Shown: positions 47,437-57,910, counted from the first letter of the stretch. The stretch: DNA of 64,000 nt from Longimicrobiales bacterium (GCA_035461105.1 DATHVV010000063.1:46446-110445), one strand, 5' to 3'. The notes: generated by a model from the sequence alone, not told the origin. Program-made: numbers and translations.

Positions 47437-49113
47437 TCAGTTTCGGCTCTTCTGCTTCCGGTCGTGCGCCAGGATGTTGTAGGCGAGCAGGCCGCCGCCG
47501 ATGACGGCCGCGAGGAACAGGAGCACGGCGAGCGCGGGGTAGCCGAAGATGGTGGCGGCGGTTTCGATGCGCATGATCATGGCAGCGCCAACGATGAGCG
47601 CGGCCAGGATCAGGCCGAGCGTGATCCGGTTGGCGATCTTCTGGAGCCCGGTGATGAGCTCGGCCTCATCGAAGGCCTGGACGCGCAGCGAGAGATCATT
47701 GTCGGCGACGCGGTCAAGGACGCGGTTCAGGCGGCCGGGCAGCTTCTGCACGAACTCGTTCATGTCGAGCACGCCGGAGAGCAGCGCGGCCGGTGAGACC
47801 TGCTCCACCATGCGGCGCCGCATCACATCACTGACGTTGCGCTGGATCGCTTCGTTGACGTCGAAGCTGGCATCGAACATCAGCGACACCTGGTCGAGAT
47901 TGAGCAGAGTCTTGCCGAGCAGGCCGAACGAGGCTGGCTGCTGCACGCCGAAGTTCGCGGAGAGCGCGGTCATCTCCAGCAGCACTCGCCCGATCTGTAC
48001 TTCCTGCGCGGTCGCGTTCTGGTGCTGGCTGACCAGCTGGGTGATGGCCCGGGTATAGCCGCGCTCATCGAAGTCCTCGAGCCGATCACTCATGCCGAGC
48101 AGGATCTCGGCGGCCTCATCGCCGCGCCCCTCGCTCACCGCGAGCAGCAGCTTGATGAGCTGCTCGCGCATCCGCCCGGAAACGTAGCCGACCATGCCCA
48201 GGTCGATGAGCGCGATGCGGTTGTCGTCGGTGAGGAAGACGTTGCCGGGATGCGGATCGGCGTGGAACACGCCATCGACGAGGATCTGCTTGAAGTAGGC
48301 CTTGAGCAGCTGGTCGCCGAGCCGGGCGCCGTCCAGCTCCATGATGCGGAGCGGCGAGATGCTGGTGACCTTGCGTCCCGCCACGTATTCCATGGTGAGC
48401 ACGCGCGAGGTCGTGTAATCCTCGATCGGCGCCGGTACCACGATGCACTCGAACTCGGCCAGGTTCTCGCGGAACACGCGCAGGTTCGCGGCTTCGCGCA
48501 GGTAATCGAGCTCGCGCAGCAGCGTGCGCCGGAAGTCCGCGACCAGCTCGCTCACCGGGTAACGGCGTCCGACCACGGTGTGCTCGTCGGCCAGCGCGGC
48601 CAGATCCGCGAGCGCCTCCAGGTCGCCCAGGATGCGGTCGCGGATGTCGGGGCGCTGCACCTTCACTGCGACCGGCCGGCCATCCCGCAGCCGCGCCCGG
48701 TGCACCTGCCCGAGCGACGCGGCCGCGATCGGCTCGGGATCGATCTCCGAGAACAGCTTCGAGATGCGCACCCCGAGCTCCTCCTCGATGATCCGCTCCG
48801 CTTCGGCGAACGGGAACGGCTCCACGTCGTCCTGCAGGCGGGCCAGCGCTTCCATGTACGCTGTCGGCAGCAGGTCGGCGCGGGTGGAGAGCAGCTGGCC
48901 GAGCTTGATGTAGGTCGGACCGAGCCGCTCGATGTCGGCCGCGAGCTGCCCCGCACGGGCGGCCGCCTCCGGGTCCGCGACCACCTCGCTCTCCTCGAAC
49001 GAGGTATCGAGGTCCATGCTCCGAACCAGGTCGGAGCGTCCGTATTTGACGAGGACGCGCGCGAGCTCGCCGTAGCGAGCCAGGTGTTTGGGGCGGATCG
49101 GCACTCGGTTCAC
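47437..49113 (-). CDS. ABC1/UbiB-family atypical kinase with C-terminal TM helices
   Basis: GPTYIKLGQLLSTRADLLP, AAASLGQVH, HADPHPGN and DLGMVG motifs. The start is uncertain (GTG at 49113 or TTG at 49182). Confidence 0.85.
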   Translation of the reverse strand: MNRVPIRPKHLARYGELARVLVKYGRSDLVRSMDLDTSFEESEVVADPEAAARAGQLAADIERLGPTYIKLGQLLSTRADLLPTAYMEALARLQDDVEPFPFAEAERIIEEELGVRISKLFSEIDPEPIAAASLGQVHRARLRDGRPVAVKVQRPDIRDRILGDLEALADLAALADEHTVVGRRYPVSELVADFRRTLLRELDYLREAANLRVFRENLAEFECIVVPAPIEDYTTSRVLTMEYVAGRKVTSISPLRIMELDGARLGDQLLKAYFKQILVDGVFHADPHPGNVFLTDDNRIALIDLGMVGYVSGRMREQLIKLLLAVSEGRGDEAAEILLGMSDRLEDFDERGYTRAITQLVSQHQNATAQEVQIGRVLLEMTALSANFGVQQPASFGLLGKTLLNLDQVSLMFDASFDVNEAIQRNVSDVMRRRMVEQVSPAALLSGVLDMNEFVQKLPGRLNRVLDRVADNDLSLRVQAFDEAELITGLQKIANRITLGLILAALIVGAAMIMRIETAATIFGYPALAVLLFLAAVIGGGLLAYNILAHDRKQKSRN

Positions 49114-49386
49114 ACTCGGTTCGGGAGCCCTGGCCGGCGGCGCGGTCGCCGCCCGGCAGAAGCGGAGCCGTGCAAAGCTCAAGCCGCGCGGTGGCTGCGC
49201 AGGAAGTAGCCGCCATGCGCACGGAATGCGCGGTCGGGGCCGCCACCGCGTGCGCCGGGAGGCGCCGGTACGAGGCCGTTACTCGAAGTACCGCAAGGAG
49301 AAACGTCGACGAGCGAGGATCGGGGGGCGGCGGGCCGGCTTCATGCTCCGCAGGCAGGTGCCCAGTGCAGACCCGGGAGACTACCC

Positions 49387-49989
49387 ATGACACTGTCGCA
49401 GATCGAAGCCGGCGAGGGGCTGATCAACCTGGACGCGGTGCTCCCGGCCATGGAGCGCCGGGCCGAGCACAGCATGCTGCCGGACGAGCGGGCCCGCATC
49501 CTGAACCTGGCCGGCGACATGTGCTTCGATGCCGCCCAGCGCGAGCGGGCGCTGCATTACTACGACCGGTCCATCGACACCTATCTCTCGGCCGGCCTCT
49601 ACGCAGCGGGCGTCGCGGTCTGCCAGAAGGTGGTGCGGCTCACGCCGGAAGTGATTCGCGCGCGCTGCACGCTTGCCTGGATGGCGATCGCGCGCGGCAT
49701 GCTGGAGGAAGCGCGGGAGCGGATCCGCGATTACGCGGAAGCCGCGCGCCGGCTCTCGGACGCGCGCATCGCCTGGGGCCACCTGCGCATGATGGCCGAG
49801 GTCTGCGAGAGCCACGAGGTGCTGGAGACGCTCGCGGAGGCGCTCATGCAGCTGGGCGACGTGCGCGGCGCGGACCGCGTCTACGGGGCGGCCCTGGGCG
49901 GCGAGCTGCGCCAGCGCCGGCTGCCGGATGAGCCGGGGGAGCGCTGGAAGGTCGTGATGGAGCGGATCATGACCCCGCGGGTGAACTAG
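49387..49989 (+). CDS. hypothetical protein (200 aa, helical/TPR-like)
   Basis: Natural-looking composition and it is followed by a strong terminator. No family recognised. Confidence 0.55.
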   Translation: MTLSQIEAGEGLINLDAVLPAMERRAEHSMLPDERARILNLAGDMCFDAAQRERALHYYDRSIDTYLSAGLYAAGVAVCQKVVRLTPEVIRARCTLAWMAIARGMLEEARERIRDYAEAARRLSDARIAWGHLRMMAEVCESHEVLETLAEALMQLGDVRGADRVYGAALGGELRQRRLPDEPGERWKVVMERIMTPRVN

Positions 49990-50027
49990 CCGCCGGCGGG
50001 CGCGCTCCTGGTCCTGCGCAGTCGAGC

Positions 50028-50056
50028 GGGGCGGCCATCCGGCCGCCCCTTTTTTT
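50028..50056 (+). terminator. canonical rho-independent terminator
   Basis: GGGGCGGCC-ATCC-GGCCGCCCC followed by TTTTTTT. Confidence 0.85.
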
Positions 50057-50149
50057 CGTGCGGCCGCGGTTTCGGGCGGGCAGGGTGTCGCGGCGCGAGC
50101 CTATCGCTCGTTATCCTTGGGAGTTGCCGCAACCCATGGAGGTTTTCAT

Positions 50150-50650
50150 ATGCGACGCCTGCCCGCCATCGCCGCGCTCCTGATCGTTGCCGGCTCCGGC
50201 TGCGGCTCTCCGACCGAGCCCCACCGGGCCGTCCTTTCCCTGCTCCGCCAGGCCGAGGCCATCTGGGCGGATTCCGCTCTTACGAGCTACAGCATCGTGC
50301 AGGAGCGGTTCTGTGAATGCCTACCGTCGGAGATCGGTCCGGTGCGCCTGACGGTGGCAGTGGGTGGCGGCGCGGTCAATGCCGAGACGATCGTTTCCGC
50401 AGTCTACGTGGAGGGTGGCGAGCCCGTGGCGGCGGGGCACAGCTTCCTGTCGGTGCGGCAGCTTTTCGAGTTGATCCGCGAGGCTGCGCGCACGAACGCG
50501 GACGTGATCGAGGTCGGCTTCAATGCCATTTACGGCTATCCTTCGGACGTGCTCATCGATTACGACCGGGCGATCGCCGACGACGAGCGGGTCTACACGA
50601 CATACGATCTCCAGAACCTGGCCGAGGCGGCGGCGGTGGGCGCGCCGTAG
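50150..50650 (+). CDS. hypothetical lipoprotein (166 aa)
   Basis: ORF trimmed to MRRLPAIAALLIVAGSGC (ATG at 50150, GGAGG upstream). Carries a lipobox. Confidence 0.6.
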   Translation: MRRLPAIAALLIVAGSGCGSPTEPHRAVLSLLRQAEAIWADSALTSYSIVQERFCECLPSEIGPVRLTVAVGGGAVNAETIVSAVYVEGGEPVAAGHSFLSVRQLFELIREAARTNADVIEVGFNAIYGYPSDVLIDYDRAIADDERVYTTYDLQNLAEAAAVGAP

Positions 50651-50775
50651 CCGCCGGCGCCGCAGTCGGCGGATCAGGAGCGGCCGGGTCGGAAGCGACG
50701 CGGCCGCTTTCGCATGTGCAAGCGCGGCCTGCCTCGTCGTCCTTCCTCATGAGAGCCCCAGAACCGGAGGTCGTC

Positions 50776-53070
50776 ATGAGGAGCAGGGCGGAGAGCGCAC
50801 GGAGCGCGGCGTGGGTCGTCGCATTGCTGCTGTCGATGAGCGGCGGGCTGCACGCGCAGGGGTGGATCGAGCCGGGTCGCCCGGGCGCGTTCGCGGTCGT
50901 GAAGCTGCGCACGAACGTGCGGGTCACGGTGCACGAGAGGGTCGCGCAGGTGGAGGTGGAGGAGTGGTTCCGCAACGACGGCCCGCCGTTCGGCGAGGCG
51001 GACTACCTGTATCCGCTGCCGGCGGGCGCCAGCTTCACGAACTACTCGCTCTGGCAGGGCGACGAGGAGCTGCGCGGCGAGATGATGGACGCCGGCGAAG
51101 CCCGTCGCATCTACGAGGAGATCGTGCGCAGCAAGCGTGATCCGGCGCTCATCGAGCTGGTCGGTCACGGCCTCATGCGGGCGCGCGTGTTCCCGATCGG
51201 CACGGGCGAGACGCGGCGGATAGCGCTGCGTTACACGCAGGTGCTGCCGCGTGCGGGCAACGCCCTGGAGTTCCGCTACGCCGCGGGCAGCCGCGCGGGC
51301 GGCACGCTGGTCGCGCCGCCGGTACGGCCGCTGCCCATGCCCATGCCGCGTCCGATCGAGCCGGATCAGCGCGTCGAACATCCGGAAACGGCGGGACGGC
51401 CGCACCCGGACGGCGCGCCGCTCACGTTCACGCTGACGGTCGCGGAGGGAGCGCGCTTCCGCGATCCCTTCTCCCCGACCCACCGGGTACGGGTCGCGCG
51501 CGAGCGCGGCCGGCTCACGGTGGCGTCGGCAGAGCGTCTGGCCGGCGACTTCGCGCTGTACCTGCCGTTCGCGGACCAGCCGGTGGGAATCACGGTGGCG
51601 ACGCACCGGCCGGTACGCAGCGAAGACGGGTACTTCATGGTGACGCTCTCGCCTGCCTCGGTGGCGAGCGCGCGCGTGCCGCGCGACATCACCGCGGTGG
51701 TGGACGTTTCTGGCTCGATGAGCGGCGAGAAGCTCGACCAGGCCCGGCGCGCGCTGCATCATCTACTGGGCACGCTCGACGCGCACGACCGGATCCGGCT
51801 GATCCGCTTCCACGGCTCGGTCGCGAGCTGGCGCGAGGGGTGGGCGGAGGCGACCCCCGCGGCGCTGCGCGAGGCACGCGCCTGGGTGGACGGGCTGCGC
51901 GCCGAGGGCGGCACCAACATCGCCGGCGCGCTGACCGAGGCGTTCGCTGCGGGCACGCCCGCGCAACGGCTGGGCGTGGTCGTGTTCCTGACCGACGGGC
52001 TGCCGTCGGTGGGCGAGCGCGATCCGGAGCGGATCGCGGAGCTGGCGGAGCGGGAGCGGGGCAGCGCGCGGGTGTTCGCGTTCGGCGTCGGTTACGATGT
52101 GAACACCTATCTGCTGGACCGGCTGAGCGCTGCGGCCCGCGGCACGACGCAGTACGTGGGTCCCGAGGAGGATGTGGAGCGGGCCGTGGCCACGCTGGCG
52201 GCGCGGATCCGGCACCCGGTGCTCACCGACCTGGCGCTCGAGGTGGCGGGCGCACGCATCGCCGAGGTGTACCCGCGCGAGCTGCCGGACCTGTTCGCGG
52301 ACGAGGAGCTGGTGATCTTCGGGCGGTACACGCCCTCCGAGCGGAGCACGATCGCGCTGACCGGCCGACGCGCGGGCCGCGCCGAGAGCTACCGCACCGC
52401 CGCGTCGTTCGCGCGGCACGAGCCCGGCAACGACTGGCTCCCGCGGCTCTGGGCGACGCGCCGGATCGGACAGCTGACCCGCGAGCTGCGGCTGCACGGA
52501 CACAGCGACGAGCTGGTCGAGGAGATCCGGCGCACCGCGCTGCGTTACGGCGTGCTGAGCGAGTACACTGCGTACCTGGTGCAGGAGCCGGGGGTGATCG
52601 CCGGCAACCCGGCGCTGCGTAACCAGGCGGCGTTCGCCGCGGCGCCCGCGGCCGCGACCGGCGAGCGGGCGGTGGCGAGCGCAAAATCGGCGCAGCGGCA
52701 GCGGGACGTGACGAGCGCGGCGGAGCTGCGGGTCATGGAGCGGGAACAGGCCGATGCGGCGGTCGGTGCCGGCGGCAGGGCGCGGGCGGTGCAGGGTCGG
52801 ACCTTCGTGCTCGAGGATGGGGTCTGGGAGGATGCGCTCTCGCGCACCGGGCTTCGCGTCGTGCACGTGCGGGCGTTCTCGGCCGCCTACTTCGCGCTGC
52901 TCGCCGCGCTGCCGGAGCTGGTGCCATACGCGCGCGAGCTGGCCGATGTCCAGGTGAGCGGCTCCCGCGTGCTGGTGCGAATCACGGGCGACGGCGGCGT
53001 CGAGCAGCTGGGCAGCGCGGACCTGGCGCGCGCGGTGACGGAGTTCCGCGGCGCGAAAGCGACCCGGTGA
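50776..53070 (+). CDS. secreted VIT-domain + von Willebrand factor A-domain protein
   Basis: ORF trimmed to MRSRAESARSAAWVVALLLSMSGGLHAQG (ATG at 50776, GGAGG upstream). The VIT region is ..VHERVAQVEVEEWFRN..YLYPLP... The vWA MIDAS is VDVSGSMSG. Confidence 0.85.
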   Translation: MRSRAESARSAAWVVALLLSMSGGLHAQGWIEPGRPGAFAVVKLRTNVRVTVHERVAQVEVEEWFRNDGPPFGEADYLYPLPAGASFTNYSLWQGDEELRGEMMDAGEARRIYEEIVRSKRDPALIELVGHGLMRARVFPIGTGETRRIALRYTQVLPRAGNALEFRYAAGSRAGGTLVAPPVRPLPMPMPRPIEPDQRVEHPETAGRPHPDGAPLTFTLTVAEGARFRDPFSPTHRVRVARERGRLTVASAERLAGDFALYLPFADQPVGITVATHRPVRSEDGYFMVTLSPASVASARVPRDITAVVDVSGSMSGEKLDQARRALHHLLGTLDAHDRIRLIRFHGSVASWREGWAEATPAALREARAWVDGLRAEGGTNIAGALTEAFAAGTPAQRLGVVVFLTDGLPSVGERDPERIAELAERERGSARVFAFGVGYDVNTYLLDRLSAAARGTTQYVGPEEDVERAVATLAARIRHPVLTDLALEVAGARIAEVYPRELPDLFADEELVIFGRYTPSERSTIALTGRRAGRAESYRTAASFARHEPGNDWLPRLWATRRIGQLTRELRLHGHSDELVEEIRRTALRYGVLSEYTAYLVQEPGVIAGNPALRNQAAFAAAPAAATGERAVASAKSAQRQRDVTSAAELRVMEREQADAAVGAGGRARAVQGRTFVLEDGVWEDALSRTGLRVVHVRAFSAAYFALLAALPELVPYARELADVQVSGSRVLVRITGDGGVEQLGSADLARAVTEFRGAKATR

Positions 53071-53076
53071 GGGCGA

Positions 53077-53595
53077 TTGATCGACTGGGCACAGCTGTAC
53101 CGTGAGACGTACGCGGATCTCGTCCGCTACCTGCATCGCAAGGTGTGGGACGGGGAGCGCGCGCGCGACCTGGCCCAGGAAGTGTTCAGCCGCGCGCTGC
53201 AGCACGACGCAGCGCGCGGCGCCGACCCGGAGCGGCCCCGCGCCTGGCTGTTCACGATCGCCGCGAACCTGGCGCGTGACGAGGCCAGGTCGATGCTGAG
53301 GCGGAAGCGCCACCTCGTCCTGCTGCAGGGAGAGGCAGCCGCGCACCCCGGGGAGGCGCCGGACGCGGCGCTGGAGCGGGCCGAGCAGGAACGGGCGGCG
53401 CGTCTGGCGCTGGAGCAGCTGAGCGAGCGCGACCGGGAAGTGCTGCTGCTCTGGGACGCGGGACTGAGCTACCCCGACATCGCGGCGCACACCGGTCTCG
53501 CGCCAGGCGCGATCGGAACGACGCTGGCGCGCGCGCGCCGGCGTCTGGTGGAAGCGCACGAATTGCTGGAGGCGAAGCATGTCGCACGTGGATGA
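53077..53595 (+). CDS. ECF-type RNA polymerase sigma-70 factor
   Basis: TTG start 7 nt after the VIT-vWA stop. Region 2 (DLAQEVFSRAL...WLFTIAANLARD) and region 4 (LSYPDIAAHTGLAPGAIGTTLARARRRL) are present. Confidence 0.85.
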   Translation: MIDWAQLYRETYADLVRYLHRKVWDGERARDLAQEVFSRALQHDAARGADPERPRAWLFTIAANLARDEARSMLRRKRHLVLLQGEAAAHPGEAPDAALERAEQERAARLALEQLSERDREVLLLWDAGLSYPDIAAHTGLAPGAIGTTLARARRRLVEAHELLEAKHVARG

Positions 53596-54856
53596 AGGCA
53601 CGCTGCACGCCTATCTCGACTCGCTCGAGCGCGGCCCGGCAGCGGGCGCGCTGAGCGCGGCGGAGCGCGGCACGGTCGACGCGCACGTGGCGCAGTGCTC
53701 CGCCTGTGCCGCCGCGCTCGCGGAGGCGCGCACGCTGCGGGAGCGGGCGGGCACCGTGCTGGCGAGCGCAGCACCAACCATCGACATGCCGCCCTTCGAG
53801 AGCATGAGCGCGCGCCGTCCGGCGTCGCGGACGCCACGGCGCTGGGTCCCGCTCGCGTGGGCGGCGAGCCTGGTGATGGCAGTCGGTTCCGGCTGGATCG
53901 CGAGCGAGCTCTGGCGGAGCGGGGCGGTACAGCCGGCGGCTGAGCAGCGTGCCGCCGGCAGGACGGCGGAGCCGGGCCCGGCCCGGGGCTCGGCGCCGCA
54001 GCTCGCGGACGCGGAGACCGGCATGGAAGCGGCCGACGCCGCGGACGCGAACGCCGACATCGCGGCTCCGTCGCCGCGAGCCGGCGTCGCGCCGGCCTCA
54101 GGGGAGAGCCCGGCCGGTGCCGGCGCCCGGGAGCGCGATACCCGCCAGGCGGCCGCGCCGGATCGGAGCGTGCCGGAGACCGGCGTCGCGGCGGCCGCGG
54201 CGGCGGCGGAGTCCGCGGTGCCGGGCCTCGCGGCGGCGCGTGCCGCGCGGCCCGACACGCCGATGGTCGTCGTGCCGTCGGCTGCGAACGAGCAGCGCAA
54301 CGCACTGCTCGAAAGCCGGCCGCCCACGCCCGCCGCGGGCGAGTCGCGCGCGCAGCTCAAGAGCGCCGCGCCGACCGCGCCCGCACCCCCGGCCGCGCTC
54401 TCGCGGGAAGCGGTGGTTCCGGCGGCGGACGACGCGGCCGCGAATGCGCGCGACACGCTCGCCTACGCGGGTGATGCCGCCGTCGAGTGGGAGGCGATCG
54501 GGATGTCGGCGGCGGCACAGCGGCTGGGCGCGCCTCTCGAGCTGCTCGCCGAGGCGAGCGTGCTCGCAGTGGCCAGCGCCGAGCCGGGTGTGGTGCGCGT
54601 CCGGCAGCGGCTGCCGAGCGGCGCCGAGGCGGAGCTGGTGCAGTGGCGGCTGCCGCCGGCCGGGGTCGAGGCGACGGATGCCGAACGCGCCGCCGATGCC
54701 GCGGGACGGGATGCGGTGCGCGTGGTGCGGGAGGGGATTGCGGCGGACGGTCGGGCCTGGGTGCTGCTCGCCTGGACGGACCGCATGGTCGCGCTCAAGG
54801 CGCCGCCCGGCGTGCTCCCGCTCGCCCTGCTGCCGCGCCTGGAACGGGAGCGTTGA
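53579..54856 (+). CDS. anti-sigma factor (zf-HC2), single-pass membrane protein with a long Ala/Pro-rich periplasmic region
   Basis: Overlaps the sigma gene by 17 nt. HVAQCSAC motif; TM segment WVPLAWAASLVMAVGSGWIA. Confidence 0.75.
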   Translation: MSHVDEGTLHAYLDSLERGPAAGALSAAERGTVDAHVAQCSACAAALAEARTLRERAGTVLASAAPTIDMPPFESMSARRPASRTPRRWVPLAWAASLVMAVGSGWIASELWRSGAVQPAAEQRAAGRTAEPGPARGSAPQLADAETGMEAADAADANADIAAPSPRAGVAPASGESPAGAGARERDTRQAAAPDRSVPETGVAAAAAAAESAVPGLAAARAARPDTPMVVVPSAANEQRNALLESRPPTPAAGESRAQLKSAAPTAPAPPAALSREAVVPAADDAAANARDTLAYAGDAAVEWEAIGMSAAAQRLGAPLELLAEASVLAVASAEPGVVRVRQRLPSGAEAELVQWRLPPAGVEATDAERAADAAGRDAVRVVREGIAADGRAWVLLAWTDRMVALKAPPGVLPLALLPRLERER

Positions 54857-54893
54857 GGCCGGGTCGCGATCCCGGTTCCGGGGGACGCCCGGG

Positions 54894-55100
54894 TCAGTCG
54901 ATGGTGAAGCCGATCTTGATGGTTACCTGCCAGTGGGCGACGCGGTCGCCATCGATCATGCCGCGCGTGTCGGTGACCTCGAACCAGCGCATGTTGTGCA
55001 CCGTCTTGCCGGCCTTCGCGACCGCGTTGTGGATGGCGGCCTCGACGCTATCGGGCGAGGAACCGGTCAACTCGATCGACTTGTAGACGTGGTCGGACAT
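54894..55100 (-). CDS. dodecin-family flavin-binding protein
   Basis: The last 68 aa of ORF 54894..55556: [68 protein letters not shown]. This is a near-textbook dodecin. Confidence 0.8.
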   Translation of the reverse strand: MSDHVYKSIELTGSSPDSVEAAIHNAVAKAGKTVHNMRWFEVTDTRGMIDGDRVAHWQVTIKIGFTID

Positions 55101-55245
55101 GTCCGCTCCCGTTCGGTTGGTCGGAGGTCGGTGGCCGGCGTCTGCCGGGCCGTGCAAGGTGCGGTCGGGAAGGCGACGTCGCAAGCGAGTCGAACCGCAC
55201 CGGCGCGGCGTTGCCCCGCGCCCGCCCGCGGCCCATTCTCCTGCC

Positions 55246-56163
55246 ATGTCGATCACCACCTTCGACGCACTGCGGCGGCAGGCAGCGACCCTCGGCGCTC
55301 GGCGCGTCGCGGTCGCGGGCGCGGACAGCCCGAGCGCGCTCGCGGCCATGGACGCGGCGGTGGCCGCCGGCCTCGCGAAGCCGATCCTGATCGGCGATCC
55401 GCTCGCCGTGCGCGCCCGCATCGCGAGCGGCCGGCTGGAGCGCCTGCACGGTGCCGAGATCGTCTCCGCGTCCGACCACGCCGCCGCCGCCGGGGTGGCT
55501 GCCGAGCTGGTGGCGCGGCGCCGTGCGGACATCCTGCTCAAGGGCAGCGTACGCACCGATCAGCTTTTGCGCGCCGTGCTCGATGCGCGCCATTCGCTGC
55601 GCATGGGTCGGCTGCTCTCGGACGTGCTGATCTACGAGGACACGCTGGGTTCGGAGACGCGCCTGGTCGCGGTCACGGACGGCGGTATCAACGTCCACCC
55701 CGACATTGATGCGCTCCGGCAGATCATCGGCAATGCCGTCCACGTGATGCACGCGCTCGGCATCGAGCGGCCGAAGGTCGCGCTGCTGAGCGCCACCGAG
55801 GCCGTGACCGACGCGGTGCCCTCCTCGGTGATCGCCCGCCAGCTGGCGGCCGGCTCGGTCGCGGGCGATCCGGGCGGCTGCGACGTCTTCGGCCCGCTCG
55901 CCCTCGACAACGCGCTGCTCGAGAGCGCGGCGCGCGCGAAGGGCATCGACTCACCGGTAGCCGGGCACGTCGACATCATGGTCGCGCCATCGCTCGATGC
56001 CGGCAACATCCTGGGCAAGGCAGTGAAGTACTACGGCGGGTCCATCACCGCGCACGTCGTGGTGGGCGCGAAAGTGCCCGTGCTCATCCCATCGCGCGTC
56101 GAGAGCGCGGAGGACAAGCTGCACTCGATCGCGCTCGGAGTGCTGGTGCATGCCGCGGCCTGA
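55246..56163 (+). CDS. ptb: phosphate butyryl/acetyl-transferase (PTA_PTB family, Ptb-size)
   Basis: ORF trimmed to MSITTFDAL (ATG at 55246). Blocks: [34 protein letters not shown]. Confidence 0.85.
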   Translation: MSITTFDALRRQAATLGARRVAVAGADSPSALAAMDAAVAAGLAKPILIGDPLAVRARIASGRLERLHGAEIVSASDHAAAAGVAAELVARRRADILLKGSVRTDQLLRAVLDARHSLRMGRLLSDVLIYEDTLGSETRLVAVTDGGINVHPDIDALRQIIGNAVHVMHALGIERPKVALLSATEAVTDAVPSSVIARQLAAGSVAGDPGGCDVFGPLALDNALLESAARAKGIDSPVAGHVDIMVAPSLDAGNILGKAVKYYGGSITAHVVVGAKVPVLIPSRVESAEDKLHSIALGVLVHAAA

Positions 56164-57235
56164 GCCGCTGATCCTGGCGGTCAACCCCGGGTCGACCTCC
56201 ACGAAGCTCGGCCTGTTCCGCGGGGACGCGCAGGAATGGGTAGCGAGCATCCCGCACGGCGACGATCTCCTGGTCGAGTTCCGCGGCCGGCCCATCGCGG
56301 AACAGCTCGACATGCGCGTGGCGGAATGCACCGCGACACTCGCGGAGCGCGGCGTGCCGCTGTCGGCGCTGGCCGCGGTGGTCGGCCGGGGCGGGCTGCT
56401 GCCCTCGCTCGCGAGCGGCACCTACCGGGTCGACGAGCGCATGCTCGCCGACCTGCGCGCGCACGAGCGCGGCGAGCATGCGAGCAACCTGGGCGCGCTG
56501 ATCGCCGCGCGCCTGGTCGCCGATACGGCCTGCCCCGCCTACATCGTGGACCCGGTGAGCGTCGACGAGTGGGAGCCGGTCGCGCGGCTGTCGGGACTCC
56601 AGGGCCTGGATCGCGAGTCGCTCTCGCACGCGCTCAACACGAAGGCGATCGCGAAGCGTTACGCGCGCGAGGTCGGCCGCGACTACGGCGCGTTGCGGCT
56701 GGTCGTGATCCACTGCGGCAGCGGCACCACCGTGAGCGCGCACCGCGATGGCCGCATGGTCGACGCGTGCAACGCGCGCGAGGAGGGACCGTTCTCGATG
56801 GAGCGTGCCGGCGGGGTGCCGGTCATGAAGCTGGTCGGCCTCGCCGCGCAGCCGGACATGAGCGCGGCGGAGCTGGAGCGCAGGCTCTTTCGCGAAGGCG
56901 GCGTCTACTCCTATCTCGGGACGCGCGACCTGCGCGACGTGCTGGCCCGCATCGAGACGGGGGACCAGACCGCGGCCCTGGTGCTCGATGCGCTGCTCTA
57001 CCAGACCGCGAAGGAGGCTGGTGCGATGGCGGCCGTGCTCGAGGGTCGCGTCGATGCGGTGCTGCTGACGGGCGGGATGATGCATGCCGGGCTGGTCGCG
57101 GAGTCGCTCGCAGCACGCGTTCGGTGGATCGGGCCGGTACGCACCTATCCAGGCGAGGATGAGCTGCGCGCGCTCGCGGAAGGTGCCCACCGCGTGCTCA
57201 CGGGCGTGGAGCCCGCGCGCACGTATCCAGGCTAG
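56150..57235 (+). CDS. buk: butyrate (short/branched-chain acyl) kinase
   Basis: ILAVNPGSTSTKLGLF N-terminus, EHASNLG, and the ASKHA-fold layout. Overlaps ptb by 14 nt. Confidence 0.9.
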   Translation: MPRPEPLILAVNPGSTSTKLGLFRGDAQEWVASIPHGDDLLVEFRGRPIAEQLDMRVAECTATLAERGVPLSALAAVVGRGGLLPSLASGTYRVDERMLADLRAHERGEHASNLGALIAARLVADTACPAYIVDPVSVDEWEPVARLSGLQGLDRESLSHALNTKAIAKRYAREVGRDYGALRLVVIHCGSGTTVSAHRDGRMVDACNAREEGPFSMERAGGVPVMKLVGLAAQPDMSAAELERRLFREGGVYSYLGTRDLRDVLARIETGDQTAALVLDALLYQTAKEAGAMAAVLEGRVDAVLLTGGMMHAGLVAESLAARVRWIGPVRTYPGEDELRALAEGAHRVLTGVEPARTYPG

Positions 57236-57272
57236 CCGGGGATGCGCGCGCGGGCGCGCCGGCGGTCCCCGG
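57236..57272. terminator. GC hairpin (CCGGGGA ... TCCCCGG) between the convergent buk and iorB genes
   Basis: 7-bp outer arms with a GC-rich interior, read directly. No U-tract. Confidence 0.35.
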
Positions 57273-57304
57273 GGCCGGCGGCCGGGAGCGTCGCACGCCG
57301 CGGC

Positions 57305-57910
57305 TCAGAACGCGAGCACCGCGCGTTCCCGGGCGCGCCGCCAGGCTGCGCCCAGCAGGAACGCCTCGATGTTGTCCTGCACGGTAGCGGGCGGCACCGA
57401 GGCGCCGATCGCGCCCAGCCAGGCGTCCTCCGGGAACTCCAGGTAGAGCGAGAGCGCACCGAGCACGACGCTGCTCGCGAGGCGCGGGTTGCCGAGCGAT
57501 TTCGCGATCGCCAGTGCCGGCACCTCGACGCATTCGCGGCAGCGGCCGTCCGTGAGCGGGCCGATGTCCTCGGGGTACGCGGCCCGTCGCAGCGACTCGG
57601 AGGTCGGCCGGATGCGCTGATCGTTCATGATCAGCACGCCGCAGGGCCGGAGCCAGTCCAGGTGGCGGGCGGCTTCCAGCTGCTCGAACGCGACCAGGTA
57701 ATCGGCTTCACCCTGCGGTATCGCTGGCGACCAGGCCTCGGACCCGTAGCGCACCGTCGTGATCACGGTGCCGCCGCGCTGCGACATGCCATGCAACTCG
57801 GATGTCACGACCCGCAGTCCCGCGTTCGACGCCGCCCGACCGAGGACCTTGGTGGCCAGCACGGAGCCCTGCCCGCCGACGCCTGCCAGCACGATGTTGG
57901 TGACGCTCAT
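57305..57910 (-). CDS. iorB: indolepyruvate:ferredoxin oxidoreductase beta subunit
   Basis: The last 201 aa of ORF 57305..59293: MSVTNIVLAGVGGQGSVLATKVLG...ELHGMSQRGG. ATGA overlap with the upstream gene. Confidence 0.85.
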   Translation of the reverse strand: MSVTNIVLAGVGGQGSVLATKVLGRAASNAGLRVVTSELHGMSQRGGTVITTVRYGSEAWSPAIPQGEADYLVAFEQLEAARHLDWLRPCGVLIMNDQRIRPTSESLRRAAYPEDIGPLTDGRCRECVEVPALAIAKSLGNPRLASSVVLGALSLYLEFPEDAWLGAIGASVPPATVQDNIEAFLLGAAWRRARERAVLAF

